NCBI GenBank assembly: GCA_048213135.1
Contig: PS015055.1
Coordinates: 164,825 to 209,885 of the forward strand
Length of the DNA stretch: 45,061 nucleotides
DNA from: Reclinomonas americana ATCC 50394
Lineage: Eukaryota
Reading direction: 5' to 3'
Shown here: positions 27,314 to 37,675 of the stretch, one piece after another
Layout: every line of letters begins with the position of its first letter
Position numbering within the stretch: position 1 is the stretch's first letter
The notes under the pieces: generated by a model
Seen by the model: the letters and a program-made list of their open reading frames with translations, nothing else
What the model was told of the DNA's origin: nothing
Database searches by the model: none
Program-made: the position numbers and the translations under genes

Positions 27314-28175
27314 GGGGAGGGAGAGGGAGAGGGAGCGAGAGAAAATATAATAGACGATAAGTGCGGCCCTCAGACTGGAGCGGGCGCTCGAGCGCACGCA
27401 TGTTGTGTTGGTGTTCAGATCACGAGTCGCGCAGGAGACACAGCGCACCGCTGGCGTTCCAGGCTGCAACGAACATGTGTACGCGCGCTCACGGAAGCAA
27501 GCGGTGCTGCTGCGGCCTGCGCGCACTTCAGAATCTGTTCTCACCATTTCGTCGTCATCATCGGGAGATAGGAGAAAAAAAGAGACAGAAAAGAAAAAGA
27601 ATCCCCTCAGATTGAAAACTTGCGCTCACCGGCGGGGAATGACGAGCCGACGCGGCACCGCGACAATGCGCAGTGCGGCGACGACTCGACAGCCCGCTTC
27701 GCAGTTGTGTTTCGTCATCACAGGGGCAAGGGGACGGTTGAAGGGGAAGGGAGAGGAAGGAGCGCGCGAACAGAGAAAAGGAACCAGCGAGGAGCAATCA
27801 GGGCAGCAGAACCACAGAACGCTGTCAGTAGCACGCGGAGTAACGTGCATCTCACGCAAGTTGGCTGAGCTTCATGAGCAAACAATGAGAGGCACACAAA
27901 GAGCTGAGCCACTAAGCACAGACATGCGCCGCGGTGGGCAGAGTTGAAAGACCAACGACAGAACCCAACAACAAGATGCAACGACAGATGTCGAACAAAG
28001 CAGTGACACTGAGAGTGTACAAGCGCTGAGCCACTGCGCGTCACGACGAAGCGCTCAGTACGGGCAGACCTGCAACAGCAATGAAAGACGCACAAAAAAA
28101 GATGCCGCGCGGGTTGTCGAAACATGCACAAGAGACAGTCGAGTTGCAAGAGCAAAATGAGAAGCATCCAACTCT

Positions 28176-28347
28176 GCGACTCAGAGAGGCACACAAAGAG
28201 GCCACAACATGCCACGAGAGTCATCGAACGTTGAAGCATGCATACAAGTAGCCGAGTTGCAAGAGCGCAGTTAACACTACGACTCAGAGAGGCACACAAA
28301 GAGACCACAACATGCCACGAGAGTCATCGAACGTTGAAGCATGCATG
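28176..28347. repeat. Two-copy ~65-bp direct repeat, ~104-bp period
   Basis: cgactcagagaggcacacaaagag.ccacaacatgccacgagagtcatcgaacgttgaagcatgcat at ~28177 and ~28280. Confidence 0.9.
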
Positions 28348-28568
28348 TCAGCAGCAGAGTCGCAGAAGCATGAATGGCAGAAAAGGACCTGAAGCACTGC
28401 GTGTCACCAACAAGCGCACAGATAGGGCAGGGCTGCAAGAGTAATTGCAGATGCACATGACGCTGTAACAAAGAAAGGAGCACAAAAGAGCTGTGCCACG
28501 ACAACCAGCAAGCATCGAAACACGCTCACACGATGCGAGCCTGCACCACACGAACGGAGGAGGAGGCT

Positions 28569-28784
28569 TCATTGCTCGCCTCCACCGGCAGCTGCCGTCT
28601 TTCTCCGCTTTCGTGCGCGTTTCGGAGCTGCGCCAGTGTCCCCTCCATCTTGCTCAGCGTCTCCGTCAGCAGCCTCGCCATCGCCATCGTCGTCGCAGTC
28701 GCCACTGGCGTCGAGACCGCGAGCTGGAGATGAAAAAAAAAAGGGAAGGAGAGGGTGAGAAGGGAAGAGGGGAACATGGTGAGG

Positions 28785-28840
<56 letters not shown>

Positions 28841-28846
28841 GAGGAG

Positions 28847-28898
<52 letters not shown>

Positions 28899-30313
28899 AG
28901 AGAGAGTAGTAGTAGTAGTAGTAGGAAGGGAAGGGAAGGAAGGAAGAAGGAGGAAGGGAAGGGAAGGAGGGAGTAGGAGGGTAGGAGGACGGAGGAGGAG
29001 AGTNNNNNNNNNNNNNNNNNNNNNNNNNNNNNNNNNNNNNNNNNNNNNNNNNNNNNNNNNNNNNNNNNNNNNNNNNNNNNNNNNNNNNNNNNNNNNNNNN
29101 NNNNNNNNNNNNNNNNNNNNNNNNNNNNNNNNNNNNNNNNNNNNNNNNNNNNNNNNNNNNNNNNNNNNNNNNNNNNNNNNNNNNNNNNNNNNNNNNNNNN
29201 NNNNNNNNNNNNNNNNNNNNNNNNNNNNNNNNNNNNNNNNNNNNNNNNNNNNNNNNNNNNNNNNNNNNNNNNNNNNNNNNNNNNNNNNNNNNNNNNNNNN
29301 NNNNNNNNNNNNNNNNNNNNNNNNNNNNNNNNNNNNNNNNNNNNNNNNNNNNNNNNNNNNNNNNNNNNNNNNNNNNNNNNNNNNNNNNNNNNNNNNNNNN
29401 NNNNNNNNNNNNNNNNNNNNNNNNNNNNNNNNNNNNNNNNNNNNNNNNNNNNNNNNNNNNNNNNNNNNNNNNNNNNNNNNNNNNNNNNNNNNNNNNNNNN
29501 NNNNNNNNNNNNNNNNNNNNNNNNNNNNNNNNNNNNNNNNNNNNNNNNNNNNNNNNNNNNNNNNNNNNNNNNNNNNNNNNNNNNNNNNNNNNNNNNNNNN
29601 NNNNNNNNAACGGTACAGACGAGTGAAGAGAAACGAGGTCAGAGTAGAGAGATAGACAGCGACTGGAACAGAAAGACGCAGAGAGCGACGGTAGCAGACG
29701 AGAGAGAGAGAGAGGAAGAGGAGGAGGAGGAGGAGAAGAAGAAGAAGGAGAAGAAGAAGAAGGAGGAGAAGAAGACGAAGAAGGAGAAGAAGAAGAAGAA
29801 GATGATGATGATGATGAGGGGAAGAGAGAAGAGTGAAGAGGGGAAGTGGATGAGAGGGTGAGAGCGAGAGCGTGCAGGGAGACAGAGGGCAAAGACAGGA
29901 GAAGAAGAGGGTGAGAGACAGAGTAAGAGAGGTAAGGGAGGAAGAACAGAGAGAGACTGAGAGAGCGTGCAAGGAGGGCAAAGGCAAGGGAAAGAGAGCA
30001 TGCATTGTCATCTCTTCTCACGTGTGTGAGAGTTTCTGCCGCTCTCTCTCTCTCTCTCTGATATGCACCCTCATCGACCAACGCAGAGAGCGCTGTGTTG
30101 ACTTGTTGCTTCAGACTGAGCACAGTGGAGGCCAGAGCCGCAAGAGCTGCAAACAAGAGCAGTCAGTCACACACACACACACACAGACACTCACTGTCAC
30201 ACTTGTTTGTGAGTCTCACCTTCTGATTGCTCCATGCCTGTTGTGTCCACGCTCTCGGTGACCTCGGCCACCACTTGACCAGCGACGAGAACACGCGCTC
30301 GTGCGCCACTCAT
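28569..30313 (-). CDS. GON7: Probable KEOPS/EKC subunit Gon7 (C14orf142-like), ~105 aa, 3 exons (30313-30220, 30146-30069, 28723-28569)
   Basis: MSGARARVLVAGQVVAEVTESV...ALAALASTVLSLKQQVNTALSALVDE...DCDDDGDGEAADGD...PKRARKRRKT: beta region, amphipathic helix (cf. Gon7 L..L...L..LQ..IN..LT.LM), acidic tail and basic NLS-like end. Both introns are phase 1 GT-AG. Confidence 0.6.
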
Positions 30314-30529
30314 GATTGTGTGATTGAGGACAGAGGACCAAGTGAGTGCCTGCATGCACTGCATGCACGTATAGTCCTGCAGACTGTGGGGCCTTCTCTT
30401 CAACGTGGTATGACGTGCAGGCGCAGGAAGAAAGCGCTGCGACGTTTGTTTCGGTGTCACTTGTTCCCGAATTGAAGTCAAATCTCTCTCCTCCCTGCAA
30501 GCACGACCACTGTTGCACGCTGGCGGCTG

Positions 30530-30960
30530 CGTTGTAGAGCACCGGGCCTCCTCCTCCACCTTGCTTCGCCTCGCAAGCATCAGTGAACTTTGTGATCGAG
30601 AATTCGAAGTTTGGTTTCATTATATATCGATATCGTGAATTCGACGCTATTTCTCTCATTAGTGAACGCACGGCCTCGCTTTCGCGCTGGCGTGTGCATA
30701 TAATAGAACACTGGATCCTCCCCCTCCACCTCTCCCTGACTCGCAAGCATCAGTGAAGCTCTCGCTGTGGAGAATCGAAGTTCGGTTTCGGTATCACGAT
30801 CCCAAATCTGTTTCTCTCCTCCGTGAACGCGAGCGCTCACTTGCACGCTCGCGTACGCATGTAATAGAGCACTGGGCCTCCTCCTCCACCTTGCGTCGCC
30901 ATGAGTGAGGCGTGAATGAAGCTCTCGCTGTGGCGAAATGTTCGGTTTCGATATCGCGAC
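30530..30960. repeat. Three-copy imperfect tandem repeat (~165-bp period) upstream of the GON7-like gene
   Basis: taga.cac.gg.cctcc.cctccacct at ~30535, ~30704 and ~30865, each followed by gtgaa...tt.ggtttc. Confidence 0.85.
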
Positions 30961-31471
30961 CGGAAACCGGTACCTGTCTCACCACCACACAGCGCTGCAC
31001 AATGTTTGCAAGAAGCCGAGTCACGTCGAGTAGAAGGTTCTGTAGTTTCGTCTAACCAGCGTGTGGGGACGTGCCCTCTGCGGTACTTGTCCTCCAAAAG
31101 AGGAAAGAAACAAAACTGGTGCTCCTGTGATACCTCCCTCGCCACCTCGTCTCCCTCCTCACGGCCCCCTCATCGTCGACCAACAACCGACCGTGATGAT
31201 CGTGTCCCCACGAACCAGACAGCAGCAGGCGGCGTCCAATGTACTTTTCGGCGATCGCGATATTCCGACACTCACTTTCACTCTCTCTCTCTCTCTGTCT
31301 CTCTCTCTCTCTTGGACACTTTGAACACTCTTCTGCGCTGCTTCTCTACCCTGCGTTCACGTCGACCAGCGTCTGCAAATTATCAAAACTGTTTCATTAT
31401 AAACACTCGATCGCACGCGGGCACGTTAGGCGCGCGGCTCCACCTCCCTCTCTCACTCACACACGCACTCA

Positions 31472-31918
31472 TCATGCAGTGGACGGGAGGTTGCAGTCGT
31501 ACTCGACCTCCAGCGTGCGCTGGCTCAGGCATCCACTGGCATTGTTCTGCACGCACACTGTAAGAGACAAGTCGACTGCAGACTGTGCGAGAAAGACACA
31601 CACCTCAAACTCGGCGACTGTGGTGCTGCACGAGTTGCGATTGTGGCACAGGTGGTTGAGGAAGGCCGAGCCGGTAATGTCGTGAATCCACGAGCAGGCG
31701 GCGCGCGCCTGGCTTGCCGCCGCCGTGGGCGTCGGTGAGAGCACCGAGCGCGACTGCGCGACAATCTTGGCCGAGCGCAGCATGATAATGCGGTCCGGAG
31801 GGCACGACACGGTCAGCGCAGTGCCATTCGTCCGCAACGCGACATTGGCGCTGGCCACACACGCGCACACCGCAAGCACCACCACCACCACTACGAGGCA
31901 CACACTTCGGGAGGACAT
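31472..31918 (-). CDS. Secreted SUEL-type (Gal_Lectin, rhamnose/galactose-binding lectin fold) small protein
   Basis: Signal peptide, then LTVSCPPDRIIMLRSA...C...LNHLCHNRNSCSTTV...GC...RTLEVEYDC, the SUEL Cys pattern. A short in-frame intron near 31558-31600 is possible. Confidence 0.75.
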   Translation of the reverse strand: MSSRSVCLVVVVVVLAVCACVASANVALRTNGTALTVSCPPDRIIMLRSAKIVAQSRSVLSPTPTAAASQARAACSWIHDITGSAFLNHLCHNRNSCSTTVAEFEVCVFLAQSAVDLSLTVCVQNNASGCLSQRTLEVEYDCNLPSTA

Positions 31919-32404
31919 CTCTGTGTTGTTCTGGGGCAGGTTGTGCGCGCTCGACGACCAAGGGTTGAGGAATTAAACAAGGTCAGATTGCCCCCCGGTG
32001 GATCGGCCCGGACCTCCGATTGCGTGATGGATTTCGATGTTGTTGTTGTCCCGAGTTCGTGGTCATTTTTGTCCGAAGTCACATGGTGAATCGGACAACT
32101 GGGTGTGAGCGCACAGGGGGTCACTTCCAGAGTGCGGTTCCAATGGAGTATGGCTGGCGAGTGGGAGCACGAAGAGGGTGGGAGCGATGACTGTGTGCTT
32201 GAAAAGTCGTGTCCGGATTTGTGCGGTAAACAAAACTGAGGAGCGATATTATCGGTAATCTCTTGAAAAGACAAGTCCACCCATATGCGCTGCTTCGAGA
32301 GGACTGAAAGAAGAGCTGATGTTGCGCTCTGCTGCCGAGACGAGCACTGCTGCCTTCACCTGCTGCTGCCTCAAGATTGGCGTGNNNNNNNNNNNNNNNN
32401 NNNN

Positions 32405-32750
32405 TTTGGAAATGGCCATCACGAAAGCTCTCTGACAGTCACTTGTTGACCTGGCTGTGGCTTTTCCCCGACTTCGATGTGCCACGTACTATCTCTGCGA
32501 GAGCGTCATATCCACTGCTCAACCACGCTGTATGCAGTAACGATCGCAGTTCTCGACTTGGTGAATGCTCCGAGAGCGACCACACGCACACAAGGAACCT
32601 GCTGCGGTCACAAGCTGGTGCTGTGTTGATGTTTTGGATACGGTTGAACTTGACAGCTGCTCTCCGGCAGTCATCCTCCATTCAGGCGAGACCAATCGCA
32701 GCCGACCCGATGTGTCCATGTGCCAAAGTACTGTGCCTGCCAAGGTGATC
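32405..32750 (-). mobile_element. Possible decayed LTR-retrotransposon integrase remnant
   Basis: Across frames with stops: DHLGRHSTLAH...MEDDCRR, VVALGAFTK, TAIVTAYSVVEQWI*R and GYDALAEIVRG resemble GHLG..T, VD.FTK, TA..VA....WI.RFG.P.EIVSD.G. Confidence 0.35.
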
Positions 32751-32947
32751 GCGCTACCTCAGACCGATTCCCCTTCCCCTTCCCCTTCCTCTCCCTCTCT
32801 CTCTCCCTTCCTGCCGCAACCATTACACACATTTATGCACACTCCACTGAAACAGCAACAACAACAACAACAACAACAGCAGCACATCCTAAAAGCCAAG
32901 AACAACAAAAAGACCTCAATACCTCCTCCCTCCACCCCCACCCCCAC

Positions 32948-34953
32948 TCAGTCGCGATGATTGCGCATCATGACCTCAAACTGCGCAAACAGATCCGGCT
33001 GATCGGCCAGCAGCGGTCGCACGGCGGCGAGCACTTGTGCTTTTGGCTGTCTCCCATCGTTCAACTCCTTGATGGCGGCCAGCAGCTGGCGAAACTGGTC
33101 GGGTTGCAACGTGCTGCGCACTCGACGGAAGAACTCCTGTCCCTCTTGCACAGTGGCACCACCACTGCGTCGGCAGAGAGAGTGAGAGTGTGAGAGTCAC
33201 ACGCACCCACCACACACGTGTGGACAGAGAGGTACGAAACTGTTGAGAGGAGACGGGAGGACTCGGCGAGCGCGAGCGATTCGACGACAGATCGTGACTC
33301 CACGTGAACTGACGCTGCAGCGTGGAGGGCGACGAGGAGGCCAGCACTGTGCCGGTGCGCTGTAGTGGCGGTGGTGGTGCTGACTGCTGCTGTTGCTGCT
33401 GCAGAGGTGGTGGCTGCTGCTGTCGCTGCGGAGGTTGTTGCTGCGACGCGGCACTCGGTCTCGAGTTGACCGGCGAGCCGTCGCCGAGATTCATGTCGTC
33501 AAACGCGGAGAGCGACGCCGCAAACTGCGACTGCTGAAGCGAACTAAAATTGCCGGAGGCTCGCAGCGGTGCCGAGGAAGCGGTGAGGCCAGAAGAGCTG
33601 CAATGACCAATGAGCAACGCTACACCTGCCCTCTCCGCGATCAGCCAAGACTCGGGAATGGTAACAAACCCGAACCTGCTGCTGCCTCCTCCACTTGCTG
33701 CTGATGGCTGCGCCCCCGACGGTCCTATTGAGCTGCCGTTGCCTGGAGACGCGCATTAAGAATACGATTCCCCACTCAAGTCCTTCCCCTTCTCCTCTCC
33801 ACTCAACTCGGTCTCGACACCTGCGGTCGCACCACCGGTGGCGCCGACGCCGTCACATTGCGATCAATCGCCGCGATAATCTCGTCAATGCCCTCCAACG
33901 CAGACCCGCCTCCACCCAAACTGGCCCGCACCGGCTGCGGCTTCAACAACTGCGACGCGCTCCCTCCACCATTCGCCGACTGCGCCAGTGGAGGCGGAGA
34001 AGGCGATCGATGCTCCGAGTGCGGCGCGCTAATCACCACTGCCGACGGATCACGAATCACCGGTCGATTGTCCGTGCTGCGACGAGAACCGCCCCCCGCA
34101 CGCGTGGAACTCAAGTGCGGACGGGAGGACGGCGAGGTGCGGCCGTTGCCCATGGCCGCTCTCAGCGTCTCATCCAAGAAGCTCTGGCGCAAGATCTCCA
34201 TGAGCACACACACACCGTGTCTGCTTGCACTGCTGTCATACACACACACCTCTGCAGCTACATAGTGATCGAACGAAGGCGGTGCGGCGTTGGGACCGAC
34301 GGCATCGGTGGAGAGCGAGCGAAGGATCGATTCCTTGACGCCCTCCAATCGTTGCACGTCGACGGCCAGCTTTTGTACTTGCGCAGTCAGTGCCTCGCGT
34401 TCTCTTCGCAGTTGGGCGTTCTCGTCTGCTAGGCGGTGGTTCTCGCGATCCTGCAGAGTGGGAGGGAGGGTGGAGGGGAGAGAGGAGAGAGAGGGAAGGG
34501 AAGGGGAGGGGAGAGAGCAGTGAGAGTGGGTGAGTGAGAGAAAGAGCGTGTGAGTGAGAAAGAGAGAGAGTGTGTGTGAGTGAGAAAGAGTGAGTGACAA
34601 TAAGAGTGAGTGAGTGAGTGAGTGTGTGAGAGAGAGAGTGCATACTGACTGCAGGGTGCAGAGTGACTGCAGTGAGAGTGACTGCACCTTGTGATCGACT
34701 TGTTCCTGCAGGTCGAGCACTTGACTCTGTGTGCGTTCCAACAGCTCCTGCTGCTCATAGTAGCGGTGTCGCATGGCACTCAGCTCGGTCTCGTACTGCT
34801 CGCTCTGTGTGTGAGAGAGAGAGTGAGTGAGTAAAGACAACAATCGCGCTCTCTCACTCTCTCTGTTTGTGTGTGTTGCACCTTCTTGGCATATGCTCTT
34901 TGCACAAGACGCACGCCGTACTCGAGCAGTGCGTCGGGAGGGTGACCCTCCAT
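32948..34953 (-). CDS. At4g15545-like protein (N-terminal coiled coil, disordered middle, C-terminal PAH-like helical domain)
   Basis: DALLEYGVRLVQRAYAKK...LADENAQLRREREALTAQVQKLAVDVQRLEGVKESILRSL and C-terminal EGQEFFRRVRSTLQPDQFRQLLAAIKELNDGRQPK...DLFAQFEVMM, matching the family motif DGKEFFRQVRSRLSYEQF..FLANIKELN. Confidence 0.85.
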
Positions 34954-35349
34954 CGTATTGGTGAGGAGTGAGAGGCACGCGCGACCGTTGGATGAAAAAC
35001 TGGTTTTGAGGGTGAAATGAGAAATTTCACGCGCTTGAAAGCGCAGCATTCGTCGGCATCGCGGACGGAGAACGCGTATGAGTGAAAAAGAGGAAGGGTG
35101 AGCAGGCGGCTGAGGTGTGCGTGCACAGACAGTGTCAATTGCAACCAATCCCGCCATCAGATTTCGAACACAGCACTTGCAATCGATTGCTGTTTGTATT
35201 CGCTGCGTGTGGACAGTGACAGCGAAGGCACGTCGCTACGATAGAATTCCAGATAGAAAATGAGGAGACAAGTCCCCAGCGATGCAACAGAGTTCAGAGC
35301 TCGAGTCGATCGGGAAATGCTGAATCTAGCAATCGACGGTATCGTTCGA

Positions 35350-35750
35350 ATTTGATCGCCAGCTGGAGGCTCTTGGAGATGGCTCATGGAGGGCCAACGA
35401 ATCGGAGCATTGTTGCTTGCCTCAGGAAGCGCCTATTGTGGCAAGTCGAATTGCATCGGCCTCAATTGCAAACGATCATGGCAAGTATTGCAGCAGGCAC
35501 AGCTGCAGCTGGCCAGGGGTGCTCGCCGGGGGTCAGTTGCTGTGACGGTGGAGTCACCATGGATCATGGTGTCTATCTTCGAAGTCCAGCCGCGGGCCCA
35601 CTGCGGATCCTTTCAATTTCCGAGTGTGCTAGCTACTTCCCCTAATGGATTGTGTACCGAGAATATGCACACACACGTGGCAGAGGTACACTCAGCACCA
35701 CGCTCGCTCTCGCAGCGCACACCGGTGCCAGTCCTCCACTCATGCACGCT
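35350..35750 (+). mobile_element. Possible decayed LTR-retrotransposon integrase remnant
   Basis: Frameshifted motifs in the expected order: LLEMAHGG...CLRKRLLW, RSWQVLQQA (cf. RSCDVCQRA), ESPWIMVSI (cf. RPWERVSMD), SYFP*WIV (cf. DYFTKWV). Confidence 0.4.
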
Positions 35751-36220
35751 ACGTTTTCTTCAAGATCAACTTTACATTGGTCGAGAGCACGCTCATGGCC
35801 ACTGCAACATATGCATCGGCATGATACATGATTGAGAACATGCATTCGCACACGACGGCTCCTTCCCGCCCCGGCCAAGCTGGCGACGCATCATCACGAC
35901 CAGCCGCGCCACCCCATATTGGGCGCACACGTTTTATGGGCGAGTGCATATTCTTCGGCGAGGAGATTCAAAGAATCTGGCTGCAAATTTCTAGCGAGTC
36001 ACACATTGTTTTTGACCACAAAGTTGCGTGTTGAGAGAGAAGAAGAAAGGAAAAGTTGACTCGTTCTCCTCCCTGTGCACAACGCATATGTGTGTACACT
36101 CATCGAGTGTGTGCGTGAGAGAGAGAGAGAGCGCTGACGCACGACACTGTTGCAGACAAACCATCGATTTTTCTCCACTCCCGTCCGCCCACCACTCTCC
36201 ACTGCGAGTGGTCCACCCGC

Positions 36221-37675
36221 ATGGACAGTGCTCCGCGCCCTCCCTTCGCGCCGCCCTCAGGTATGCTCCTCGCCTCCTCTTTTGTCGAACCTCAGCCTCA
36301 CTCCCAATGGCTACATCGATACTTCTTGCACTACACCTCACTCACACTGCATCACTTCTCGCACACAGGCGACGACGGCGACGACGATGACGTGTCGCCT
36401 TCAATGCCCACCTCGTCCACCAGCGGCGACCCCTCCTCTCCACCACCANNNNNNNNNNNNNNNNNNNNNNNNNNNNNNNNNNNNNNNNNNNNNNNNNNNN
36501 NNNNNNNNNNNNNNNNNNNNNNNNNNNNNNNNNNNNNNNNNNNNNNNNNNNNNNNNNNNNNNNNNNNNNNNNNNNNNNNNNNNNNNNNNNNNNNNNNNNN
36601 NNNNNNNNNNNNNNNNNNNNNNNNNNNNNNNNNNNNNNNNNNNNNNNNNNNNNNNNNNNNNNNNNNNNNNNNNNNNNNNNNNNNNNNNNNNNNNNNNNNN
36701 NNNNNNNNNNNNNNNNNNNNNNNNNNNNNNNNNNNNNNNNNNNNNNNNNNNNNNNNNNNNNNNNNNNNNNNNNNNNNNNNNNNNNNNNNNNNNNNNNNNN
36801 NNNNNNNNNNNNNNNNNNNNNNNNNNNNNNNNNNNNNNNNNNNNNNNNNNNNNNNNNNNNNNNNNNNNNNNNNNNNNNNNNNNNNNNNNNNNNNNNNNNN
36901 NNNNNNNNNNNNNNNNNNNNNNNNNNNNNNNNNNNNNNNNNNNNNNNNNNNNNNNNNNNNNNNNNNNNNNNNNNNNNNNNNNNNNNNNNNNNNNNNNNNN
37001 NNNNNNNNNNNNNNNNNNNNNNNNNNNNNNNNNNNNNNNNNNNNNNNNNNNNNNNNNNNNNNNNNNNNNNNNNNNNNNNNNNNNNNNNNNNNNNNNNNNN
37101 NNNNNNNNNNNNNNNNNNNNNNNNNNNNNNNNNNNNNNNNNNNNNNNNNNNNNNNNNNNNNNNNNNNNNNNNNNNNNNNNNNNNNNNNNNNNNNNNNNNN
37201 NNNNNNNNNNNNNNNNNNNNNNNNNNNNNNNNNNNNNNNNNNNNNNNNNNNNNNNNNNNNNNNNNNNNNNNNNNNNNNNNNNNNNNNCCACCACCACCAC
37301 ACAATCGCGAGTGCGCGTTGGCAGCGTGGGAGGAGGCCATGTCCACGCAACTCTTGCAGGCACTGGTGCGTCCGCACTGCTGTATTCTCCTCAAGACTTC
37401 TTCTCGCTCATCACCACCATCGTCGCACACAAAAGGAGGACCACATGGTCATTGTACGCTCTCAATTACCGCCGGCGCTCGCCTATGACGATGCCATGGC
37501 CGCCCTCCGTCAGCACCCGTCATTACGGCATCGCACGCTGTCCATCGACGATGACGTGGGCGAGGAGGAGGACGACGACGAGGAGGAAGAGGACGACGAC
37601 GACGAGGAAGACAATGACAACACTGGTGGGGATCCGTTGAGCGATGCCGAGTGCGCTCCACCAAGAAGAAGATGA
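36221..37675 (+). CDS. Hypothetical protein with acidic C-terminus; middle lost in gap
   Basis: MDSAPRPPFAPPS|gtatgc...cag|GDDGDDDDVSP before the gap; ECALAAWEEAMSTQLLQAL|gtgcgt...aag|EDHMVIVRSQLPPALAYDDAMAALRQHP...DDDVGEEEDDD after it. Confidence 0.55.
   Translation: MDSAPRPPFAPPSGMLLASSFVEPQPHSQWLHRYFLHYTSLTLHHFSHTGDDGDDDDVSPSMPTSSTSGDPSSPPPXXXXXXXXXXXXXXXXXXXXXXXXXXXXXXXXXXXXXXXXXXXXXXXXXXXXXXXXXXXXXXXXXXXXXXXXXXXXXXXXXXXXXXXXXXXXXXXXXXXXXXXXXXXXXXXXXXXXXXXXXXXXXXXXXXXXXXXXXXXXXXXXXXXXXXXXXXXXXXXXXXXXXXXXXXXXXXXXXXXXXXXXXXXXXXXXXXXXXXXXXXXXXXXXXXXXXXXXXXXXXXXXXXXXXXXXXXXXXXXXXXXXXXXXXXXXXXXXXXXXXXXXXXXXXXXXXXXXXXXXHHHHTIASARWQRGRRPCPRNSCRHWCVRTAVFSSRLLLAHHHHRRTQKEDHMVIVRSQLPPALAYDDAMAALRQHPSLRHRTLSIDDDVGEEEDDDEEEEDDDDEEDNDNTGGDPLSDAECAPPRRR

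Noticed and set aside
28569-30156. Very long ORFs in the track that cross N runs or microsatellites (also 12320-13257, 36150-37675, 41713-43400)
   Set aside because: Artefacts of N translated as X and of stop-free dinucleotide repeats.
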